64,000 nt of DNA from Anaeromyxobacter sp. GTDB lineage: Bacteria > Myxococcota > Myxococcia > Myxococcales > Anaeromyxobacteraceae. A program made the translations under genes and the position numbers. Below are positions 9,818 through 20,200 of the stretch, piece after piece. The stretch is taken from assembly GCA_049840735.1 (NCBI GenBank), contig JASGJN010000014.1, positions 64,001-128,000 of the forward strand. Direction: 5' to 3'. The first letter of the stretch is position 1. Every line of letters begins with the position of its first letter. The notes beneath the pieces are model-generated. The model was not told where the DNA came from and made no database searches. It was given only the letters and a program-made list of their open reading frames with translations.

Positions 9818-10201
9818 ATGAGAGTGCTGGATCGTTTTCGTGCCGACGTGATCGACCGTGGAGCCGAGGCCTGTCTCCCACGAAACCTGTCAAACAGGTG
9901 GCTGACGAAAGTGGCCGACGCGGCGAAGTACGTTCTAGAGAACGAGTCGGACGAGATGCCGGACGACGCGAACGCCATTGCTCTGGCCGCTGCGCTCTGT
10001 CTCCTTTCGGGGAAGCACAACACGCCCTCGGTGCAGGTCGGGTTCGGCGAGTTGTTCGAGTACCTTCAGCTCTATCGAACGGAACTCCTGCTTGAGTTGC
10101 TCCACCGGAACACGGACCTGCGATACGAACCAGCGACCCTCGAAACGATCTTCACGGATCGAGAGATCGTCACGTGGAGGGAGCCCTTCACGCCCGGGTA
10201 G
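9818..10201 (+). CDS. hypothetical protein
   Basis: 127-aa ORF with protein-like composition, divergent from the XRE gene. Confidence 0.6.
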   Translation: MRVLDRFRADVIDRGAEACLPRNLSNRWLTKVADAAKYVLENESDEMPDDANAIALAAALCLLSGKHNTPSVQVGFGELFEYLQLYRTELLLELLHRNTDLRYEPATLETIFTDREIVTWREPFTPG

Positions 10202-10256
10202 CAGGCTCGCCGACCCGTGCAGTAGCGCTCTCTGCAAGGGCTGGCGGGCGCTGACG

Positions 10257-11567
10257 CTACAGCTTCCCGTCTGGCCCGCCGCCCTCGGTCTTCAAGAGCT
10301 CGATGTCCTCGTGCCCAAGTCGTTCGGCAGGCGCCCGCCACTTGCGGAGTCGTTGCAGGGCGTCCGTGCCACCGAGAAGCTCACGCGCTAGCGAGATCCG
10401 GGCCGCCAGCGCCTCCTTCTCGTCGGTGCCGAGGTCCGCCGTCCTGCGCTCGATGTCCTCGAAGAACTGCTCAACCCGCCTCGCGACTGACCATGCCTCT
10501 ACCGTGGACATCAGGTCGGCGCGGCTGGTCGCAAGCGCCTCCGAGTAGAGCCTGCGCGCCTCCTTGATGCGCCACCGCCTCTGCTCCGCTTCGAGCCGCG
10601 TGGTCTCCTCTTGGCGGCGGCGTTCGGCGTCGACGGCCATGGACGCGATCGCGGACGCCGCCTTGACCAGCTCCTTGCGAAGTCGCTTGAGGTCGATGCC
10701 CCGTCCCCCAGGGCTGGACTCGGTCCAGGTCTTCTCCCAGGAGGTGCCGACGTACGGGGAGTAGGCCCGGATCGCCAGGCGCCGGCTCGGGAACATGTGC
10801 TTGCTCGTCCACTGGTTGGGGTTCCGCCTGCGTGGGGCCGGTAGCTCGGAGACTCGAACGTACTTGCCGTCGATGTAGCGAGCCTCTGCTTCTTCGGCGG
10901 GCTCGTACACGGTCAGGCCGATGGCGACGCTCCCGATGAACACGACCGTAGGTACGCTCGGCTCCCACGGCGTGTTCTGCCAGTCCTCGCGCTGCTTCCC
11001 GGCGTAGGCGAGGAACGGCCTAGTGTAGTGGTGCCCGTCCTCGGGGCCGAAAACGACGCGGTAGCCGCCGGCGGTCAACGAACGGTACAGGCCGTTCGCG
11101 AGCTCGAGCGCGCGCGGCAGCAGTTCCTTGCTCACGAAGATGTCGGGCAGGGCCTTCTTGTAGGGGCGCAGGTATTCGGCCCCCTCGATGAAGGACCGCC
11201 CGGGCCGAGATTTCTCAAACAGCGGCTGGACTCGCGAGAGGAGGGGATGTGTCTGCGGAACCTGAACTCGACCACGAGGTTCACCGGGGCCCGCCGGCAG
11301 GGTCGGAGCCACCGCTGAGGCGCGTGCCACGGGTGCCGAGTCACGGCGCCATTCGAGCGGAGCTCCGGGGCTGGGCGGTGGGAGTAGTGGTTTCGGCGAA
11401 AGCTTGCCGGCCTTGAGCTTGGCCCAGTGCCCTCTCTGGGGACGCGGGACGTTGAGGGTCTCGCAGACACGCGTGAGGAAGCTACCGGAAACCCCGTGCT
11501 TCGCGGCGACAGCCTCCATCGGCTGCGACCAAACCGCGTCGTACAGCTCCTCCCGCGTGAGTGCCAT
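10257..11567 (-). CDS. conserved mobile-element hypothetical protein with N-terminal HTH-like domain
   Basis: LTREELYDAVWSQPM..VA..HGVS...C..LNVPRPQRGHWAK, an N-terminus I recall from integrative elements. Confidence 0.7.
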   Translation of the reverse strand: MALTREELYDAVWSQPMEAVAAKHGVSGSFLTRVCETLNVPRPQRGHWAKLKAGKLSPKPLLPPPSPGAPLEWRRDSAPVARASAVAPTLPAGPGEPRGRVQVPQTHPLLSRVQPLFEKSRPGRSFIEGAEYLRPYKKALPDIFVSKELLPRALELANGLYRSLTAGGYRVVFGPEDGHHYTRPFLAYAGKQREDWQNTPWEPSVPTVVFIGSVAIGLTVYEPAEEAEARYIDGKYVRVSELPAPRRRNPNQWTSKHMFPSRRLAIRAYSPYVGTSWEKTWTESSPGGRGIDLKRLRKELVKAASAIASMAVDAERRRQEETTRLEAEQRRWRIKEARRLYSEALATSRADLMSTVEAWSVARRVEQFFEDIERRTADLGTDEKEALAARISLARELLGGTDALQRLRKWRAPAERLGHEDIELLKTEGGGPDGKL

Positions 11568-11609
11568 GCAGGCGAGTCTACCCGGCCTTCGTCGCGCCGC
11601 TAGGGAGGC

Positions 11610-13341
11610 CTAGAACACCGAATAGGTTGAAAGGGATCTCATCACGCCACCTTGCGCTGGATCGCTTCGAGGTTCTGGATGGCCGAGGCGCGGCGTAGGT
11701 CGAAGAGGTTCCGCCGCACGCCGCGGTAGCGGGCCCGCCGGCCCTGGCGCCGGACGAGGTGAGCGAGGCGGTGCTCGACCCCGACGCGCTCGCGCAGGCG
11801 CGCCCGTCCGCGCGGCGTGATGAGGTACTTGCGGAGGCGCTGCTGCAGCCGCTCGTCATCGGCGATGTTCACGGTCCGTCCTGCGCCCGGAGCCGCGGCG
11901 GTGCACTGCGCGCGCAGCTTGCAGTGATCGCAGGCCTCGGGGTCGAACTCCGTCACCGACCCGAACTCAATCCGCTCCACCTCGCCGGCCGGGCAGGTGA
12001 TGGTGAGGTCGCGCACATTGATCTTGAAGGCGGCCTTGGGGAAGGCCCGCTTGTTCCGCGAGATCCAGGGCCGGCAGATCACCTCGCCGCCGCGGCCGAG
12101 CACCTCGTCCACCAGTGCCGCCTTCACGTAGCCGCGGTCGATGTGGAGCTCACCGATCTCGACGCCCTGCTGCTCGATGTCACCGGCCAGGCCGGCAGCC
12201 GCTTCCTCCTCCGGGCGGTTGGCGGGCGTGATCGCGCCGGAGAGGATGATCCCGGAGTCGAGGTCGGTGGCGATGTGGCGCTTTAGCCGTTGAAGCGCTT
12301 GGCCTTGCTCTTGCGCCCGTGCCGCATGTCCGGGTCCGTCACCGAGACGCGGCGGTCCGGGGCCACGCCCTCGCGGACCTTCTTCCCGCCGCCACCCGGG
12401 TCGGGCTCCAGGTCCTGGTTCATGATCTGCTGCAGCGTCGCGAGGTCGTCGCTGAGCGGCGGCTTTGCCAGCTCTGTCGCGAGATTCGCGGCCAGCCAGT
12501 CCTGCAGGTTCTCCAGCTCGATCACCAGCGCCTTCACCGCCGAGGACTTCTGGACCGGGTCGCTCCAGTCGCGGTCGAGCGCTGCCTTGACGCTGGGCGC
12601 CAGCAGCAGCGGGGCGCGCGCCTCGCGGCACACCTGCTCCGGCGTCCAACGCAGGAGGTCTGCGGCGCAGTCCACCACCCTGCGGGCCGCGTGCGCGAGC
12701 AGGTTGAGCGTGTCCTCGACCCGGCCCGCTCCCTCCAGCGGCGCCGAGTCGATCGCCACCCGCAAGGTCTTAGGCAGCTTCTTCCAGTCGAACTCCTTCG
12801 TGGCCCTCGCCAGCTCGACCGTGCGGTCGAGCAGCCGCCGATCCATGTCGTGCGCGATGAGCCGCTCTCGGAACGCCTGCAGGGCGCCCTGGGAGAAGGG
12901 CGGCTCCGTGGCGCCCAGGCAGCCGAGCACCATCTGCCAGCGCAGGTCCATGACCGCCGCCTCGACCGCGTCCGCGTCGGACAGGCCCAGGTATCCCTGG
13001 AGCAGCAGTGCCATCGCGAGTTGGGCTGGCGGCCTTGGATCCGACCCGGCGCCCGTGTCCCGGTACATCGTCTCCAGCTCGCCCTGGAACTGATCGTCAA
13101 ACAGCTCGTCCCGGTGGCGGCGCAGGAACCCGAAGAGCTTTCGCTTGGTCTCGAGCCGCTTGAGGATGAACTGCTCCTGTTTCGTCGGCTCTCGATCCGG
13201 CTGCCACCGCTCCATCGCCACCGCCTCCCGCGCGGGCGACGGCCCGCGCGGCGCGAAGAGATCACGGCCGCATGGGGCCTGTCGATCCTCGGCGCGTAAG
13301 CGATGGGAATCATGGGCGGTTCAAGCCGATCGGTGCTCTAG
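11610..13341 (-). mobile_element. IS1182-family insertion sequence
   Basis: Ends ctagaacaccgaataggttgaa vs revcomp ctagagcaccgatcggcttgaa; CTAG at both ends. Confidence 0.85.
11642..13221 (-). CDS. IS1182-family transposase (frameshift at ~12285)
   Basis: DUF772-like N-terminus (GxDPRPPAQLAMALLLQ..LSD), IDSAPL, SVTDPDMRHGRK, IDRGY, ITCPAG, RERVGVEH. Confidence 0.88.
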
Positions 13342-13484
13342 CGGTGGTCTGGTTGCGCCCGTAGCCTCGTATACCTCCGCCTGCGGCAGGATCTGGTAGC
13401 CGATGCTCTGTCGCGGTGATGTCAGACGCTTGGTGGACACTGAATATGCTGGTCGTGTTCCGCCCTCCGGGGCTGGGAGGCACC

Positions 13485-14513
13485 ATGTTCGGGCCACTTC
13501 TGCGGGAGCTTGAACGTCTCAAAGGCGGGATGACCCTCACTTTCCCGCTCTTGGCCGATGAGCGCGGATACCTCGACAAGGAGTGTCCCGGGGACTCCTG
13601 TAAGTACCAGTTCAAGGTGCTCGAAGAAGACTGGGTGGCGAAGTTCCAGGATGAGGCAGTGTACTGCCCGATGTGCGGGCGCAGCGCTCCTTCGGACCAA
13701 TGGTTGACGACCGAGCAGGTCGAAGAAGCGCAGCGGCAGGCGGTCGCCCACTTAGAGGCGAAGATCGGTCGAGCTCTCGACGCCGGCGCTAGCGAGTTCA
13801 ATGCCCGACAGCCGCGTTCCGGCTTTGTTCGATTCTCCATGAGAACGACCGGAGCTAGGCCGGCCCCCGTCATTGTGCCTTTAGCGGCAGCTGACATCCT
13901 GGAGCAGCTGTTAACATGTGAAAAGTGCGGGGCACGCTACGGCGTTCTCGGGGCTGCCTTCTTCTGTCCCTGCTGCGGACACAATTCGGTGGAGAGAACG
14001 TTTCTCGGGTCTCTTGAAAAGGTCCGCACCAAGGTCGAAAAGTTGGAAGTCGTCCGGCGTGCAGTGGCGGACGACTCGGGTCGTGACGCCGCCGAAATGC
14101 TTTGTCGGTCGCTTCTGGAGTCGGCTCTTCTGGACGGCGTGGTTGCGTTCCAGCGGATGGCTGAATGGCTCTTCAGTCAGCTGCCGGGGACCACTGCGCC
14201 TCCATTTAATGCGTTCCAGCGCTTGGAACAGGGGAGCGCGCTCTGGCTGTCCGCTGTCGGTCTTGGCTATGCGCAGTGGCTGGATCCGGCTGAGCTCAGG
14301 GCGCTTAAGGTCTTGTTCGAACGAAGGCACCTACTGGCGCATCGAGAAGGACTTGTCGACTCCCGCTACTTGGCCCAGACGCAGGATGGCGAGTACTCGC
14401 TGGGCCAGCGCATCGTTGTGACATCCTCGGACGTGAGCCGACTGGTAGACTCGGTTGAGAAACTGGTGATGGGAATGCAAGCGGCCGTGCAGAAAAGACT
14501 TCCTGGGCCATAA
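13485..14513 (+). CDS. multi-Zn-ribbon protein with C-terminal HEPN-like RNase motif
   Basis: GGAGG RBS; CPxxxC, CPMCG, CEKC, CPCCG; FERRHLLAHREG fits Rx4H. Confidence 0.7.
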   Translation: MFGPLLRELERLKGGMTLTFPLLADERGYLDKECPGDSCKYQFKVLEEDWVAKFQDEAVYCPMCGRSAPSDQWLTTEQVEEAQRQAVAHLEAKIGRALDAGASEFNARQPRSGFVRFSMRTTGARPAPVIVPLAAADILEQLLTCEKCGARYGVLGAAFFCPCCGHNSVERTFLGSLEKVRTKVEKLEVVRRAVADDSGRDAAEMLCRSLLESALLDGVVAFQRMAEWLFSQLPGTTAPPFNAFQRLEQGSALWLSAVGLGYAQWLDPAELRALKVLFERRHLLAHREGLVDSRYLAQTQDGEYSLGQRIVVTSSDVSRLVDSVEKLVMGMQAAVQKRLPGP

Positions 14514-15060
14514 GGAAGATTGATCTCATCTTGACGGCCCGAAGCGCCCACGGGCTCGAGCCGTCGTTCGCACCCTAATGCCGGGCCATGCGGAGTCGGC
14601 AAGACGATAGACTGGCCCGAGTTGCGCAATCGAGGTGGGGGCGCGGGATTAGCCGTCCTCGCGCGGCGACTCCTCCGGCGGCTCGTGAGCAGCAGTCTTC
14701 TCTCTACGTACCTTCATCGCCTGGAATTTGGGCCGAAGGACGTATATCGTCTCGACGATGGCGACGAGAAAGTCGAGCGCTTCGCGTGCGTCCTGCGAAG
14801 TAACAACGTCGTCAGTAGGGTGCGCTCCGATGTTTCCGATGAACCGGAGAGCGTCGCCCCATTGAGCGAGTTCGTCGCTGATAAGCCCCTTGTCCTTCAT
14901 CACGTGGAGGGCACGAAAGAGAGGCTTCGCGTCGGGCGCGAACTCCTTCCCGATGGCCTCCAGCGTGCGGCGAACCATGACCGCGGTCGCGAGGGGGGCG
15001 CCAGCAACTTCGCACCGAGTCGCCTCTCTGAATGACTCTTCAACCCTCGGGGGCAAGGGG

Positions 15061-16759
15061 CAGACCTGATTCCCGCTGACCCGTCGCCTCGCGGTTCTCG
15101 CGCCTGGGGCGCTTGAGACTCCACTTCGCCCCGAGACGAGGGTGAGTTTCGTGGCTCGGGCCGGCTCCGCCCGCCATCGCCTCGAACTCCTGATCGGCAA
15201 GATCGACGCCGGGTTCCTCCTCGGCGATCATCCGTTCGCGCGTAGTGAAAGAGGGGTGGAGGCTTCGCGGGCCCCCACCCCCCAAGAACGGCCGGAACCT
15301 CGCGCGTAATGAAGTGAGGAAGGCCGAGAGGAAGAAGATCATGCCGATCACCGAAGCACAAGCCCGACGTGCCCTGCGGCACGCCGACATCCCCTGGGAC
15401 CGGGAGGTCGAGGATCCTCGAGAGGACGCCTGGGTGGTCCACGACCACCTCGGCCTGCTGGGAGGCCTGGCCGCCGCCTTCTCCGTGGGCTGTCGGAGCC
15501 TGCGTCGCGCCGAAGACTTCTTCGCCGACCTCGGCCTCGGCGCCCGTCGAGCGCTGGGGCTCTCGGTCGTGGGGAAACCATGCGACACCACCCTCTACCG
15601 CCTGCTCGCCCAGCAGTCGCCTGCCGGCCTGGAGCAGACGGTCCTGGCGCAGGCGAAGGATCTCTTCGCCCGCAAGGTGGTGAGGCACGACCGCTTCCCC
15701 GTCGGCGTGATGAGCTTCGACGGCAAGGGGACCTGGTCCCGGGTCGACGGCGAGCAGCTGCCGGGCGCCCTGCAGTCCGCCTACGACGCCGAGGGCTCGT
15801 CGGTGCAGACCTTCGGCGCCCTCCGCGCCGCGCTGACCTCGTCCGCGGCCTGTCCCTGCGTAGGGCAGCGGATCATCGGCTCCAAGGAGGGCGAGTCCCC
15901 GGCGTTCCGGGAACTGCTCCCCAAGCTCCACTACGCGCTGGGCGCGCATTTCCGCATCGTCACCGGCGACGCCGGTCTCTGCGCCCGTGAGAACGCGGAG
16001 CTCGTGAGCTCGCTCGGCTGCTGGTACCTGTTCGGCCTCAAGGGCAACCAGCCGTACCTGCACGCCTTCGCCCGCGAGCACGGCGAGTACACGATTGGTG
16101 ACCCGGTCGCCCGGACCGCCGAGCGGTACAGGGGCCACACCATCGTGCGCGAGCTGTACGTCCGCGACGTCGCCGGCGGCCCATCCGTCGTCATGGAGGG
16201 CGCCCAGCAGCTCTGGTACGTCTGCCAGACCACGACCGACCGGCGCGGCGAGATCGTGGCGGTCGAGCAGCGGTACTTCGTCACCTCGATCCCGGCTGGG
16301 AACCTGACCCACAACCAGGAGCTGGCGCTCGTCCGTCTGCACTGGGGCATCGAGAACCGCTGCCACTGGACCCTGGACGTGGTGCTGGGCGAGGACGATG
16401 GCCACCCCTGCCAGGCGAACCGCGCCGCCATCGAGACTGTCAGCTGGCTGCGGATCATCGGCTACAACGCGCTGAGCGCCTGGCGGGCCCTGGCGCCTCG
16501 CAAGGACGGCAGCCCCATCGCCTGGGCCCGCGCCGCGGAGACCCTCCGCGACGCGCTGCTCGTCACCCGGGTCGCCGATCAGCACGGGCCCGCCGCCGTC
16601 ACCTGAATCACCGGCCCGCAGGCCGCCCCTTCTTCATTGCGCGCTGACAACCTGACCCGTCCCGCGGCCGACGCCGCTGGGCGACCTGCGTCCCGCCGCT
16701 GCGAGAGCGGCGCCGAGATGGCGGCGAAGATCATCCCGCGTCAGCGCGGATCGGGTCTG
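15061..16759 (+). mobile_element. ISAs1-family insertion sequence, diverged third copy (1699 bp)
   Basis: Same IR type (cagacctgattcccgctgac); intact 11-bp TSD GGGGCAAGGGG at 15050-15060 and 16760-16770. Confidence 0.95.
15245..16606 (+). CDS. ISAs1-family transposase (start probably MPITE at 15341)
   Basis: Close paralogue of 184-1566 with the same catalytic motifs. Confidence 0.93.
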   Translation: MKEGWRLRGPPPPKNGRNLARNEVRKAERKKIMPITEAQARRALRHADIPWDREVEDPREDAWVVHDHLGLLGGLAAAFSVGCRSLRRAEDFFADLGLGARRALGLSVVGKPCDTTLYRLLAQQSPAGLEQTVLAQAKDLFARKVVRHDRFPVGVMSFDGKGTWSRVDGEQLPGALQSAYDAEGSSVQTFGALRAALTSSAACPCVGQRIIGSKEGESPAFRELLPKLHYALGAHFRIVTGDAGLCARENAELVSSLGCWYLFGLKGNQPYLHAFAREHGEYTIGDPVARTAERYRGHTIVRELYVRDVAGGPSVVMEGAQQLWYVCQTTTDRRGEIVAVEQRYFVTSIPAGNLTHNQELALVRLHWGIENRCHWTLDVVLGEDDGHPCQANRAAIETVSWLRIIGYNALSAWRALAPRKDGSPIAWARAAETLRDALLVTRVADQHGPAAVT

Positions 16760-17229
16760 GGGGCAAGGGGGCCGTCAGACTCCGCGGGGCCGGAAACAAC
16801 TGCGGCATCGACTCACGGTCCCAGGGCTCCGGTCCGGTTTCGTACTCACCGGTTAAGCCGGGACGCCGGCACCTTATGCAGTGACCGAAGAAGTAGATCT
16901 CGACTAGCTCACCCTCGCCGGGCGAGGTGGCGTGGGTGCCATCTACGACAAGCTGCATGTGCGCCTTACAGTCAGGGCACCAGAACTGGCGAATCTCACT
17001 CATGGCGGGCTCGATCCCAACGTCAAGGGGCGGCCTGGTGAAAAGACGAGCAGATCGTTCGGCGGGTCGCCTTGCGTGCTGAACGCCGAACAGCGGCGTT
17101 GTGACGTCCCGCACCCACGGTTCAACCCTAGGGTTTCATCCCCTGTGGTCCTTGTCCGTCCCGGGTGTACCATCCGTACCTCAGCTGGGCAGGGTCGCTG
17201 TACACCTACATCCGGCCAGCGGACCGACC

Positions 17230-20200
17230 ATGGACGTCTTCTCGCTTCGCGATGCGGTCGTCGACGAGTACCGCCAGTTCGCCACGTCGTTCACGACAAT
17301 CTGCGCGGAGGACCTCCGTCAGAAGATTCGAGTCGATCTACGCCGAGGAGCGGTACTGGCCCGAGCCGCTCATTCAAATCAACCCCCGTTACCGTACCGT
17401 CACCACCATCCAGAAGCAGGTGGACGACGGCCTCCTCGACCCGGGCTGCGCCGAGATCTTCCGGGGCAACCACTCTCAGGAGAAGCCGCGCGGCGAGCCG
17501 CTCTCGCTGTATCGCCACCAGCAGGAGGCGATCGCCCTCGCGCGGGCGGGCGAGAGCTACGTTGTCACCACGGGCACCGGCTCCGGCAAGTCGCTCAGCT
17601 TCTTCATCCCCATCGTGGACGCGGTCCTCCGGGCGAAGCGGAGCGAAGGCACCAAGCGGACGCGCGCCATCGTCATCTACCCGATGAACGCGCTGGCCAA
17701 CAGCCAGCAAGAGGAGCTCAAGAAGTACCTCGGGAACGTGGAGGGGCCGCCGCCGGTCACCTTCGCCCGCTACACCGGCCAGGACGACAACGACCGCCGC
17801 AAGGCCATCGCCGACGACCCGCCCGACATTCTCCTCACCAACTTCGTGATGCTTGAGCTCCTGATGACCCGTCAGGACGCGCTCGACCAGAAGGTCATCG
17901 GCAACTGCCAGGGCCTCCAGTTCCTGGTGCTCGACGAGCTTCACACCTATCGCGGCCGACAGGGCGCGGACGTGGCCCTGCTCGTCCGCCGGGTGCGCGA
18001 GCAGCTCGCCCCCGAGCGGCTCCAATGCGTCGGTACCTCGGCGACCATGGCGAGCGGTGGCACGGCGGTCGACCGCAACCAGGTCGTCGCCGAGGTGGCC
18101 TCCAAGCTCTTCGCCGCCAACATCCCCGCCGCAAACGTCATCGGCGAGACGCTTGACCGAAGCACCGAGAGCCTCACCGAGGCGCAGGTGAAGGCCGGCC
18201 TCGGCGCCGCCATCGACGCAGGCGTCAGGTCCAACGTCTCCGACGCCGAGCTGCGCAAGAACGCGCTTGCCACCTGGGTGGAGACCCGCCTCGGCATCGA
18301 GTGGGTCGAGGCCGACCAGCGGTGGCAGCGGGCGCGCCCGCGGACTGTCTCGCAGGCGGTGGACCTCCTCTCGGAGGAGAGCGGGCGGGACAAGGCGGCC
18401 TGTGGCAAGGCGCTTCGCCAGCTGCTCCTCGTGAGCAGCGTGCCGGAGTCGGCCCGCACCAAGGCCCCGGGTGCCAGCGAGCGGAGCTTCTTCGCCTTCA
18501 AGCTCCACCAGTTCATCTCGGGCGCGGGCTATGCCTACGCCACGCTCGAAAAGCCGGGCCAGCGCTTCGTCACCGTGGACGGCCAAGTCTTCAAGCCGAA
18601 CGACGAGAAGAAGCGTCTCTACCCGGTTCACTTCTGCCGGGTCTGCGGGCAGGAGTACCACCCGGTCCGCCTGGAATCGGACGCTGGCGAGCGCCGCTTC
18701 TACGCGCGTGACATCGACGACGCGCCCATCAAGCGTGATGCGGATGAGGGCGCCGCCCCCACGCCCGCGCCGGTGACCGCCGAGGAAGCGCCGGACGATC
18801 CGGTGGAGTTCGGATTCCTCACGCTCCACCCGTCTGACGAGGGCTTCGAGTTCTCCAACGAGGACGAGGACTACCCGGAGGCCTGGCTCGAGCCTGATCC
18901 CCGAGGCACCCTCCGCCTCAAGCGCAACTACCGCGACCTCCGCGCGCGGGAGTTCCTGGTGGAGCCCGACGGCAAGGCCGGCTCGGGGCTCAAGGCCTGG
19001 TTCCTCCCAGGCAAGTTCCGCTTCTGCCTCCGCTGCGGCGACACCCAGAGCTCCGCCGCGCGCGACCGCAACCGTCTCGCGTCACTCTCCGCCGAGGGGC
19101 GCAGCTCCGCCACTACCGTGCTCACGGCCAGCGCGCTGCGGTGGATGCACAACGGGAAGTCGGGCCTGGAGCGGTACACCCGCAAGCTTCTCGGCTTCAC
19201 CGACAACCGGCAGGACGCCGCGCTCCAGTCCGGCCACTTCAACGACTTCCTTTTCGTGAGCCTCCTGCGCGCCGGCTTCCTGCGCGCCCTCGAGGCGGCC
19301 GGTCCCGATGGTTTGCGCGCGGATCAGCTCGGCCTTGCGCAGCAGAAGGCACTCGGCTTCGACGCCCGCTCGCCCGAGATCAGGGCGGAGTGGCTCCTCG
19401 AGCCGACGCTCCGGGGCATCAACCTGGAGGACGCCGAAAAGACGCTGCGCGACGTCCTTGCCTACCGGACCTGGTTCGATCAGCGCCACGGCTGGCGGTA
19501 CACGAACCCCAATCTGGAGCAGCTCGGGCTGCTCTCCGTGGACTACCGCGGCATCGACGAACTGGTGAACGACGAGACGCTCTTCGCCAGCGCGCCCGAC
19601 CCTCTCAAGTTCGCCAAGCCTGAGGTTCGCAGGGCCGTCTACAAGGAGCTCTTCGACCACCTTCGTCGTCTCATGGCCATCCGGAGCCAGGTGCTGGAGC
19701 AGAGCGCCATCGAGCAGCTCATCTCGCGCTCCCATTCGCGCCTGCGGGCGCCCTGGGGGTTCGCGCAGGGCGAGCAGCCGCGGAGGGCGCGGTGGCTCTT
19801 CGTGACGCCCCCAGCGCGCGGCCGGATCTCGCTGCGGGACGAGGACCTCATCGCCCGCGGCGGCGCCCGCTCGGCCCTCGGCAAGACGTTGCGGGACAGC
19901 AAGCTCTGGGGCGGCAACGGCTCGGTTCGGACCCTCAAGACCAAGGACTTCGAGTCCCTGGTCTCAGCGCTACTGGTGGCAGCCAAGGAGATTGGCATCG
20001 TCACGCAGGACGTGACCTCCTTTGACGACCAGCTCGGCTGGCGGCTGGTGGACGGCGCCGTCGTCTTCCGGCGGTCCACGCCGGAGGAGGAGGCCAGGCT
20101 TCGCAAACCGGCCAACGCCTTCTTCCGCGCTCTCTACGCTGGCCTTGCCGACCTCCTCGCGCTCCCCGGTCACCCGCTCTTCGGATTCGAGGCCCGTGAG

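Larger units (their letters stand above)
14649..17003 (-). pseudogene. DUF4145 (HEPN) domain protein interrupted by ISAs1
   Basis: Removing the IS and one TSD rejoins MSEIRQFWCPDC...LTAPLPP|RVEESFREA...RRTLE...LRFIGNIGAH. Confidence 0.85.
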
